A DNA stretch of 64,000 nt from Phoronis australis. Taxonomy: Eukaryota; Animalia; Phoronida. The DNA is taken from positions 699,814 to 763,813 of the forward strand of contig NMRA01000124.1 of assembly GCA_002633005.1 (NCBI GenBank), written 5' to 3'. Position 1 is the first letter of the stretch, and every line of letters starts with the position of its first letter. Below, piece after piece: positions 40,801 through 51,500 of this stretch. The notes under the pieces were generated by a model, which saw only the letters and a program-made list of their open reading frames with translations, was not told the origin of the DNA and did no database searches. The translations under genes and the position numbers were made by a program.

Positions 40801-42698
40801 GCATGACGTCGTGTGCATTGTTTAACAATAACAACTTGACGCGTGACAATGCGACATTGTTGCTATACGCCGTATAACTTATGCAGCTGGGCCCTGGTGT
40901 AGTAAATTGCATGCCATGTCATGACATCTTTGCTGAAATATGAAGTAGAGTTGGTGCCAACCTCGCCGTGATATGAAGTGCTTGTAATCAAGTTGTATCG
41001 TTGCAGAATTCTCGTTCCACTGGTTCTATCTAAAGCAGTAGGAGAACCAAGTAATTCCATTTCAATTATCGCGTTACAATTGGCCGTTTCAGCCAAGAAG
41101 TACGATGCCTTCCTGGCATCTGACTCTCTCATCAAGACCATCCCCCGTATCTTGGGGCCCGGTCTGAGTAAAGCTGGCAAGTTCCCCACCACCCTGTCTC
41201 ATTCCGAGTCCATGGTTGGCAAGATTGACGACGTCCGTGCCACCATCAAGTTTCAGATGAAGAAGGTAAGGGCTCCTATTTAGCAGTAATGATGTGGCGT
41301 GCTTTAAGATGCGTTGCTGTATTTAGTGAATCTGATGTAGACCAGAATACCATCTGTAGTTGAATTACAGTATGGAGATCCTGTTGTGCAGTCTTATGCA
41401 CTAGAACCATGTGTTCCAAGCGAGGCAGGTACATGATGGTGCCAGCTTCGAATGCTATGATGATCCTGTTGTGCAGTCGTAGACACTAGAACCATGTGTT
41501 CCAAGCGAGGCAGGTACATGATGGTACCAGCTTCGAATGCTATGATGATCCCGTTGTACTGTCGTAGACACCAGAACCATGTGTTCCAAGCGTAGTATGT
41601 GATCGTGTCAGCTTTGAATGCATCTACGGAACTTTAAAAATATTCTGCTCGGCAACCATATTTCCTTTTGAGGGCTGTTCCAGTAAAATCCGTGTGGGAA
41701 GGGGGGGGACGGCAGCAGAAATAAAAATTCATGGGTGGTGGTCTTCAGAAAAAAACTCAAATTATGGGTGGTCGTTCCTGTAAGAAGTGATGCATTAAAA
41801 ACGGGTGGTATTTTTTGACCTGTTAATGTTGACAGGTTGGTTACTCAAAAAAATGTCCTAACTTATCCCAATACAAAAAAGCCCATATTACCAGTGAACA
41901 GAGGGCAATATGTTCACTAAGCCATTAATCAAGTCATGGGCAACTTGATTTGAGCCAACTGTTTGTCTGCAGTACTATTGAATTGAAAAGTTATGCAACT
42001 CTAAACTGGTGTTAACACATATAAGAAAATTGATGATTTTTAAATAAAAAGTATGAGGAGTAAGATAAACAAGTTCCAATATTCACTTGACATAGAGGTA
42101 TAAAAGAGTTCGTGGAGTCAGTTTGAGATTCATAGATCCTTATAATTGAAAAAATGTTCATTGAAATTATAGACACTTGGTGAACAGAGACACCTGGTGG
42201 CTGCCAAAAGTATTGCTCACAGGCTACTTTAGTTTTTGACAATATTAGACAAGACAACTAGTTCTTGTCTGTCAATCATCTAAGTTCTTAACAGGTCCTC
42301 CTGGAGGCAATTTGTTTGCAAGTGTTGGATTTTATATTTTAACTTATTAAAAAGAATTAAAAAATTATGGGTCTTGGGTTGGAGAAATATATGAAAAATA
42401 TGGGCAGTGGGTACGAAATAAAAGTGCCTTCCCCCCCCTCCCATACAGATTTTGCTGGAACAGACCTAAGTGAACGCGTGTAAAACATCACCAATCTGTC
42501 TAATCAGCTTCTCAATTTGGGTTTCAGGTCTTGTGTTTGGCCGTTGCCGTTGGCAACGTGGAGATGAAGCAGGAGGAGCTGGTCTCCAACATCAACATGG
42601 CCATCAACTTCTTGGTGTCTCTGTTGAAGAAGAACTGGCAGAATGTGAGAGCACTGTACATCAAGAGCTCCATGACGCCTTCCATTCGCATCTACTAA
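37837..42698 (+). CDS. RPL10A: 60S ribosomal protein L10a (uL1), 5 exons, 216 aa
   Basis: Exons 37837-37841 (ATGAG|gtgcga), 39339-39491, 40430-40578, 41093-41265, 42528-42698 (651 nt). MSKVTRDTL...[27 protein letters not shown]...[32 protein letters not shown]...[23 protein letters not shown]. Confidence 0.97.
38062..38134 (+). ncRNA. Candidate box C/D snoRNA in RPL10A intron 1
   Basis: Terminal stem CTGCTC/GAGTAG, C box ATGATGT (38069-38075), C' TGATGA (38107-38112), D box CTGA (38125-38128); 73 nt, sense within a ribosomal protein intron. Confidence 0.65.
39145..39294 (+). ncRNA. Candidate structured intronic sno/scaRNA (copy A)
   Basis: Terminal stem CAGGTG/TACCTG, C-like ATGACGT, D box CTGA (39281-39284), internal hairpin TTGCTGG/CCAGCAA with TGAG near the apex; collinear with 40803-40936. 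Confidence 0.4.
39801..39988 (+). ncRNA. Candidate H/ACA-like structured RNA in RPL10A intron 2
   Basis: Stems TGTGACC/GGTCACA, GTTAGCA/TGCTAAC, GAGTCTCAG/CTGAGATTC, GGCCGAC/GTTGACC; H-box-like ACAATA (39892-39897); ACA (39983-39985) right after the last stem. Could instead be a repeat remnant. Confidence 0.3.
40670..40709 (+). promoter_or_regulatory. Candidate L10ARE-like autoregulatory RNA hairpin in RPL10A intron 3
   Basis: 40-nt hairpin CGACU/AGUUG and GAGG/CCUC with UUCG loop, next to an alternative donor GTAAGT (40659-40664); same intron number as the published L10ARE. Confidence 0.45.
40800..40936 (+). ncRNA. Candidate structured intronic RNA (copy B, paralog of 39145-39294)
   Basis: ATGACGTC ... 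AACTTGACGCGTGA ... GCGACAT ... ACATCTTTGCTGA in the same order and near-identical span (134 vs 132 nt) as copy A. Confidence 0.35.
41371..41621. repeat. 85-bp tandem repeat, 3 copies, in RPL10A intron 4
   Basis: Units start at 41371, 41456, 41541; core AGAACCATGTGTTCCAAGCG shared by all three. Confidence 0.95.
41672..42466. mobile_element. About 800-bp MITE, probably PIF/Harbinger (Tourist-like)
   Basis: About 38-bp TIRs GGGCTGTTCCAGTAAAATCCGTGTGGGAAGGGGG / CCCCCTCCCATACAGATTTTGCTGGAACAGACC; flanks TGA/TAA resemble a TWA TSD. Confidence 0.8.
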
Positions 42699-42725
42699 AT
42701 TCTCATGTATTTGTGCGTGGATAAA

Positions 42726-42731
42726 AATAAA
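42726..42731 (+). promoter_or_regulatory. RPL10A polyadenylation signal AATAAA
   Basis: 28 nt after the stop codon, followed by a U-rich tract; a short 3' UTR is typical of ribosomal protein mRNAs. Confidence 0.75.
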
Positions 42732-43212
42732 TAAATTAAATCTGCGTCCTTTTTTTATCCCAATGATTATGCATGTGGTAAATCATGCAACTGAAGAGCT
42801 AGAAGTATGGGGTGGTTAGGAACTGTCATGTATTGTAATTTTTACAGTTGCCATTTTGGTCTAGGCATGTAGGATGTGTTTTGATCTTAAAGACCCATGA
42901 AGTGCCATTTTTGGTGACCATTTGGAATTGTTTTGGTTTGTTTTGTAGTTGTTTTTTTGTGAAGGGATCAGCTAACATCCCTTGTATATAATGCTGTTCA
43001 ACATCGATGAAATAGAGTTTAATTGCTTCTGTGGAGGATTGACAACGGCTTGTTTGATATATTAGTCGATTACTTCGGTGCTTCCTTAGTATTGCATGGG
43101 ATTTTAACCATTGACGGGTATGGTATTCAACACTTGGTTTTATCCCAAAGAGTAGATGCATTAGTGAGTACAGAAATAGAGATGTTGATCAAGAAGTCTT
43201 GAAAATGAAACG

Positions 43213-43218
43213 TTTATT
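43213..43218 (-). promoter_or_regulatory. Putative GDAP2 polyadenylation signal
   Basis: AATAAA on the minus strand about 2.35 kb past the GDAP2 stop, convergent with RPL10A; usage unverified. Confidence 0.35.
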
Positions 43219-44458
43219 AAAGCACATTTTCCTTGCTGGTGACGAAGATAATTTCTTATAACAAACGTAACCCCGCAACACAGTGGCAAGATTGCAATAA
43301 TGCAAACCAGGCTCTAGAACATGTGCATTAATTAGTATACCACATCTCTACGCAATTTTACCATACCTGAATGGCTAAGTTTTTAAAACTTAAAGCACCA
43401 ATAAACCCAAGTATTAGTAATATCCAATGAGTGAAATTTGGTTTAGACCACTTCACTACTACAAAATTGGTTCCAACTTGTTCTTTACTCGGATCGGAAG
43501 TGATTTCTGGGTTTGCTAAGAACTGAAAGTTATTCCTGGAGACCAAACTAGTGCTGTGACAAGTCGATGGTAGACCCTGGTCTCTAGCAATGACTAACTG
43601 TCTGTTCTTTCCATGACCTGATATCACCTTCAATTAGACTAAGAAACGATGTCAACAGTTAGAGGCCTGAATCAAATAAAGTTGATTTTTGTGACGGAAG
43701 GGGGGTTTATAACAACTTCAAAAGTGCTATAATCTTATCGTGGTTGTTAACCAATGTGTGGACTTACAATGAGCGATTATATCACATCTCTAGTTAAAAC
43801 TCAAGCTTATAAACGACAGCTACCTTTGAATTTAAAGGTTGAAAATCTTACTAAACCATTAAATTTAAAGGTAGCAGCGTGATTTCCTTATAAAAAGATG
43901 AATTTCTCGTGTGACATTTTTATCCGGGACCATGCTTAAAACTTAGCATTTCACAACTGTATTGGCAGCTACATTATCAAATGTGGAATTTGCCATGGAA
44001 ACTACAAAATTAGTAATATGAGAGTGACTTCATAATATCGAATTTTTATGAAGTACATTGTTATTTTCCACCATTTATACATAATGCCACATTTCTGTTC
44101 CAATTTTCATAACTATGACTTATTTACCCATTAACACAAATAAAGATGAAGATTTACTGCAATTCTTCACTTAGCACACTATACGCCCCACAAGAGAAAT
44201 TATATTTTGTCAAATTTCTCAACAAAATAAAGATTTAGAATATTTTAGTTTATCACAAATATAGTATGTTCAGTGTAGACCTGACAAAACAACAGTAGGT
44301 AGACTGCCCTTTTCTTTCCTGGAAGATGGCAAAATACTGCTTTGGCAGAAGACCAATACATTCATTGTGAAAAAATGTCAAAAAATATGCAGCTAATTCA
44401 AAATCAAACAAAACATTATGCACAATTTGACAACTGTCGATTATGAAAACCGTTCTGT

Positions 44459-44698
44459 CAGGCTTTGGTGTGACCCACGACAAAAAAGAGGAAAAATTTC
44501 CTGGTGATGAATCGTTCTACAAATAGACTTAATTTATGTGATAGAAATATTTTTTGTTGTCGTAAACTTCAACTGCAAGAAATTTTTTTGCATGAATAAA
44601 GTCAAAATAATGAAAAAAGAGGAAACTGGAAATCAAGTAAGAGGAAATTGAAACCAAAAAAGAGGAAATCCTCTTAAAAGAGAAAATTCCAAGCCCTG
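44459..44698. mobile_element. hAT-like MITE downstream of the GDAP2 stop
   Basis: Ends CAGGCTTTGG / TTCCAAGCCCTG, AAGAGGAAA subterminal repeats; about 180 nt align with 50740-50912. Confidence 0.65.
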
Positions 44699-45573
44699 AT
44701 CCGTCAAGGAATTTGCCTGGTAAGGTGCTGGTGCACCTAAACTGAGAACCAGAAATGACATTGCTGAAACAGTCCTGAAGCTGTTAGCTCCGACTCGAGG
44801 CAGACACAAGTATCAATCAAACCCAGAACAAATTTGATTACTGCAAAGCCCAATATAGCACAAGCGAAAAGCACTCGGACAAGACAACACAGACTTACAA
44901 TCATGACAGCTGGGCAGAAGCCAAATTCTTCCTGGAAGACTGAAAATAGGGGGAGTCAACAGAAAAGTGGCCAGCCATCCTGCAATTAGACTTTTATCCA
45001 CATAATATTTTTGATGAGAATAGAATCAGATGTCATGATAGTAAAACAGTATTTTTTGTGATTACCTTCGTTTTGCACTGTGCGTGGGTGGGCAAAATGG
45101 AGAACAAACTTTGAAAACAATCCATACAGTCAGGTGACCTAGGTATGGTATGCTTTGATGTTAGTTTTTGCATATTCATGTTTAGGCTGTATACAATCAC
45201 TAATAACAGATTACGAAATAATACATTCATTGGTATCTCTCATTCTACATTGTCAACCAAATGGGGTCCTCCACCCACGCAGTAACGGGTTAATTAATAT
45301 TTCAACACTTCACATACTTCAGCTGCCATATCAAACACGTCAAAGAAACAGAACAAACACAGTTAAACATAACATAACGTAACATTGCCGCAAAATGTAC
45401 ACAACCCGGAAGTAAAATTGAAGCACCAATTTGAACAACACTTTCATTACAACGGCACGCGAGTGCCAGTCTATTCGCAGGCATGCAGTTTCATGGCAAT
45501 AAAACCACCAATAAACAGAACATTCCTGACTTGTAACGATCACATATTTTCATGAATCTCTTGTCGCTCACGG

Positions 45574-48500
45574 TTACAGCTCATTGCCAGTTTCGATTTT
45601 TTCTGTATCCGTAAGGTAGTTGTAACCATTGACCTAAATAAATAAAAGTACACCATTACGCAACACAGCACCTAAATGGAGAAAGCAACAAATTCCTTTC
45701 AAAAACAAGAAGCATCACTTATACAACGCGCATTAATGCAATGTTAACTGATGTTTTCGTTTCCATAAATCATCCAGCATACTCCTTGCGCACAATTAAC
45801 CGACATACATCAACTATGAGAATTACATGCATCAATAACTGGGGCTGGTGGAACAGAAAGCACACATTGAAATGTGTCTTGTATACAACAGGGGAAGCAT
45901 ATTTTGCCAACACTAACACTAATACCAACGGGATACTTGATCACCTGGCATAAAGGTGCCTGTGCCTTCTGAGGTGAATTTCTTTCTGAAGAGGGGAAAA
46001 TTCTACCCCACATCAGCTCTTCCTTGAATTGTTTTGAATCATTACCTTATGCACTGGAATAGCCCAAGTAGCAGGGGTGTCAGATAGTGAACTTTTAGCA
46101 TGTACTTATTGGACAGAAGACACGAGTGCATGGCCCATTTAGTAGTGTTTAGGAAAGTATCCCCTTAATAACTGCACTAATCAGGCACAGATCTGGGAGG
46201 AGGTCAGGAGGCGTCCCGCCATCACTTTGACATTGCTGTAATGGACAGACCTTAAGCACCCCCCCCCCCATGTTCAAACCTTGTCGGACCTTGCCTTGAA
46301 CAAAATCCTGGATTCAAGGCATTTAAAATAAGACCTGATTACCTGGAGGTCGTACTGCAACACGAACTCAGGAAGTGAGACCTGATCGGGGTCGATTTTT
46401 TCGTATAAACTCTTCACACTGTGCAGAGAGAATACTTTTTCTTTGATACTGGAGGCAGTGAATGTGGTGAAGAACCATGTGACAACCTGTAGAGGGCACT
46501 GCGTTAGATTCACTCATTGCTTGCTCAATAAATCAAGTAATAAGATGCAAAAGACAAATAGGAGTTAAACAACAACAACGAGAGGCTGTTTACAAGTTGA
46601 AATAAAACCAAACATATCTCAGTATTTCTAAGTTCCACACTATTTGTTGAAATAGCTCGATCAATCGCAACAAAATTCCTAATCGCAAACAAATGTTTAT
46701 AATGGTTTTGTGAAGTTTCAAGAATACAATTTTGACATACAATTCTCCAGGAATTCCAACAGGTAGCACGTGATAAAATTTACGAAATCAATGTTGTAAT
46801 GGCATGACATCTTTTAGAGCAAAATTCTGTACAATAAGGGATTATTCCTTTCTTTTAACAATAGGATTACCCATAGAACATAGCGTTTCCCTTGGAAATT
46901 AAGTTTGATCTTTTGAGAAAACTACATACCCTTGACCAAAATGTAGGATGTAGGATATAAAACGCTCGCAAGTTTTTTCTATACCTGAAAATCAAAGAAC
47001 AAACATAAAAAAGATCAAACTGAGACGAAAGAAGAATGTTAAAGTACCAAACAACAATAACTTCTTAACCAGCCAAATACCAATGTGTAAAATAATGTTC
47101 TACTTGGCGTGGCTGCAAATTGCTCACTAGTCAACTAGGTTTGAGTTCCGTCGGGGCTTGGAAAAACTGACGCTCGTTACCGTTTGTGACCGGGCTCCAA
47201 AAGTTAACTTGAGGCATTTTATTCACCGAGTTTCGTCTGGAGGTATAACAAACTGTCAGTTCCCTCTAAAGCCAGAAACCACTTCTAATCTGAGGTGATC
47301 CAGATCCTTGAAGGATACTATTGTTTGCCGAAACGTAGAATATATATAATAAAACAACAATAATGGATCAACTGAAATTTTCGGATATAATCACATCGGA
47401 TTCCTTTCTCAACAGAAACAGAAAAGATGTGGTTACATCCGAAAATTTCACTTGATCCATTATAATTGTTGTTTCATTTTTATATAATATATTCAAACAA
47501 TTTTGTACTTAATAAGTAAGATGCTGCAATTTTTTTGTTTTCAATGACTTCAAGCACCATAATTTAAATTAACTTTACTTATTATTTTAAGAAAAATGTC
47601 CCTCACACCAACAAACAAGTCCATACCTCTGATCCACAAACTGGTACAAGTGTTTTAGGAAAGCCATCTCGGGTCTGTGTTGAGCAGTTGTTTGAGTATG
47701 AAGGTACACCACCACGTACTGACGGTTGACGATGACATCCATCAAATGAATCATGTAGAGAACGAACTGTAAAAATCACCAACTTATATTTAAATTTTTC
47801 GTTATATATCTTAATACTCGGGGTTAATGTCTAGGACCCTTAAAGTGAGGAACTACAAAATAAGTGGGTGGACATTTAAAAACATAATTTTTTAATATTT
47901 GAGGAAGGCGTTTACCTCGTCATTTCACATACCATTAATCTCAACATGGAGACATTGTGGCCTGGTTAATAAGTGCTCGCTTTCTTTACTCGAGGTCGTG
48001 GGTTCGAGTCCCACCAGGTCACACTGCTAAACCCTTGAGCCAGGTTTCTAGCTCCTCAGCTCGGTTTAACCATATATTAATAAAGCATAAAAATATTTCC
48101 AGGTGATCAGTGCAATGGGCCCACATGCGAGGCCTGCGCACGTCTGGTACGTGGATCAGACCGCCTACAATTAAAAAAAAGGCGTTTACCTCGTCAATTC
48201 ACATACCATTAATCTCAACATGGAATGAAATGTCTGAAAATTGTCTTGCAACTCAGCATAAAGCTTGGAAGGGACAGTTAGATTACGGTCCAGAATTTAA
48301 GAGGTCAACTTGCACCCTTGAGGCAAGCAAGAAATCAAATCCTGACCCTTCGTGGGTGAATGCATAACCAACTATGGATGTTTAAAAATAAACGCTCTGA
48401 ACATTTGGAGTCAGGCATTAAATCAAACAAATACAGTGTAGATGATCCCTAGGCATGTGAACATTGATTGAAATAATCTAATTATTTTTCAGGAAGATTT

Positions 48501-51500
48501 TTACTTGGAAAAATATTTGCACTGGGAGACAATTATACAAATGTGTCAGGATTTAGAGTTCCACCAAATTTTGCATGATTAATGTTTGGGAAATTAATAC
48601 ATGAGGAGATTTTTGTTTACTCAACTGAAATTCCAAGCGGACTGATCTGGACCAATGGCAGTATGGCAGCCTCAGCTCTGACATTTTTTAATATTTAGTT
48701 AACTAACTAATGTTATCAGTCTCACAGATGTGTTTTCAAGGCCTGCCAATAGGGGGCTACAGAGCTTGTTGGGATTCTTGATGGCATGAGCACACAACGC
48801 ATTGTTGGAAGAAATTCCAGTAAAAAAACATGCAAAATTTCTGGGATTCTGAAATACATGGGAACGCTACTAGAAAATAAAAAGAATACAGACACTTTTT
48901 GTACTTATTCAATCTTTCTGTTAGGTAAATAGAAGATCGCTGATCAACATTCAATGCTAACAGTGGAAATCAGAAGGTTTACAGCTATTGTTTCTGTTTG
49001 ATAAGTAAAATATCATTAACCACTACTCAATGCTGACAGTGGAAAAATTAAGATATTTGGTAGTTACTCAGTGTTTTCGTTAGATAAATGAACAATCACT
49101 TATCACAGACTTTTTGCAGTTATAGTCCAGGTTAATTCACGTAAATTGGGAAATTCGAAAATCAGGGGTGTATCTCGACACAAGCATAGGTGTTTAAAAA
49201 CAATTTCTTTGAGAAGTTAAAGATGGACGTCTATACAAACAGTTGGTTCATTCACACCATTTTTGCATACAATTGCAGTAGTATTAGAGTGCGCACAAGC
49301 GAAAAGAACTATTTCACTTTTTCATTGGGAAAAGGGGGTATTTTATCCCATGAATATTGTAAGACGGCACTGAAACTGACTGTAAGAAAGCAATTGGCAG
49401 GAGTTCGAGACGGTCGTTGACAAAAACACAGACAATCTTAAGGAAGCCTCCATGAGGGAGCTTTAAGCCGAGCGTGGATGTTTGTAATTTTTAAATTTTG
49501 GGGGAGGGGACGTTAAGACGAACGTGGGTCTTTACCCAGACAAGAACGGTAAATTGAAGATCAGTTTTCTACAGTGATTCTGTGTTTATGTTTACTTTGA
49601 TAAACTGAAGATCAAGTATCAATACTCCGTCAATGATTACAGCAGTTACTCAGTGTTTGTTTTAGAAGACCCACTCAATGCTACATACTCAAAACAAGGT
49701 TCATCAACATTAAACACATGGCATCACGTCAGCATTCAGTAGATGGTGGACAGTGTATAGATTCATCTAAAATCAAAACGACAGATATCTATAGCATGAA
49801 ATGTTCCGTTTACACATCATCACACACACACACGCACAAGCACACACACACACACACACACACACACGACACAAACTAATACTTGCCAACAGAATTTGAC
49901 ATGACACAAATTGACAGCCATGTGTCAACTGTCACTCACATCGGAGATGGAGCAAGTTGCACCCTGTCATCTGTTTTGTCTCAAATGTCTGCCTAAATGG
50001 AGTCTTGTCAAGGCAGACACCATATCAATTGCACATACACAATGGCAGTGACTTCCTTTGAGGTAACATGCATGCAAAAAGTGGTTTTGATCGATGACTT
50101 TGAACTAGCCAGTTTCTACGTAAGCTGCGTTGATTACTGACATCCACTATCTTGTGATGTTTCAATTTGCACCACCTCAAGGTTTACCCCCATACGACAA
50201 ACAAAGAATCGAGGCTAGAATATCCAACCTTTTCCATATCCACAATGGTGGCTGGCAGGTTCCTGCCGACCAGTACCACTACAGTTCTGCCCATTCGGTC
50301 TACGCCCCCCTGGTAAATGAACTTGAGAGCCGCCATGGACGAGAGGTCCTCCTGCCTGGCACGTTTGAGAAATCTCTGATACCTAGACATAGAACAATAG
50401 ATCCAATCAAAATCACATTTAAAAGATAACAAATTTCATTGCACTGCACTGAATGTACAACTTGTTTCAAAAAGTTGGTCTTCATTTGAAAGAGGAAAAC
50501 TAACTACTGATTAATAAAAATCACATTCAGAGACAAATGAGTGCCAACAGACAGCACTGAATATGCAAGGAGTTACAAAAACTTGGAATATCTCATTGTG
50601 GATTTACAAGTACTCTGTAAATTCTAAACATCAATTTTTCTTTGCAATAAACCCACCTTCCAACACAAAAGGCTTGGAAAGACCAATCACAAAAAAGTAA
50701 ATTTTTCCAGAAGATGTATTGCTCCACAAAGAAACAGGCTTGTGTGATAGAAATATTGTGTGTTGTAATATTAAACTGAAATGACTGTTTTTGCATGAAT
50801 TAAGTCAAAATAATGAAAAAAAGAGAAAAAAGAACGAACTGGAATTCAAATACGAGGAAATCGAAACCAAAAAAGATGGAATCCTCTTAAAAGAGGAAAA
50901 TTCCAAGACCTAAATACTATCTCAATTTTTTCATTTTGACCACTAGCCATTGTCAAAGTTGTGTCAAATTATCAATCAGTCAAATTGGAGATAATTTCAG
51001 GGCTGTGAAAAAATTAACAGCAGGTACAGTTACTAATAACAACATAGAGCTACTAATAACAGTAAGACATGTACAGTTACAGTTACTAATAACAATAAGA
51101 CCAGGCTATACAAGTTAGAAAAATAAATCAATTACTGGACTTAAGGTTGTATAGAGATGACTAAGTTACGTCCTCCTCTCGAGGACTTCATCAGGCCACT
51201 GAGGTGTCACGTGACTCGTCATGTGATCCACAGCACAGTTTGCGCGGGATACTCTTTAGTGCCCTATCCCACGTCCTTGGCAACAGAAACCTCAGGCCCC
51301 CCTGTCTGTTTAGGCTAGGATTCTCAATTCTCTCATAAACAGCTCCCTTTACACCTCTCCTGAACCAATTTTCCTCTCTATCTAGAATCGTGACATCTTC
51401 CAGGGAGAAAGAGTGGTCTGTACCCATCTCTATATAACCGTAAGTCCAGTAATTGTTTATTATTTGTCTAACTTGATTACTCAACTGGATGACTGAAAAT

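Noticed and set aside
41289-41335. ATGATGT...CTGA at the start of RPL10A intron 4 as a C/D snoRNA
   Set aside because: Only 47 nt between box ends and no clear terminal stem, though GCGTGCTTTAA weakly echoes the intron 1 candidate guide.
47951-48020. tRNA gene (also tRNA-like heads at about 13866 and 52838)
   Set aside because: No intact cloverleaf; at 47951 and 13866 the head continues into a SINE body, and 52838 is too decayed to call.
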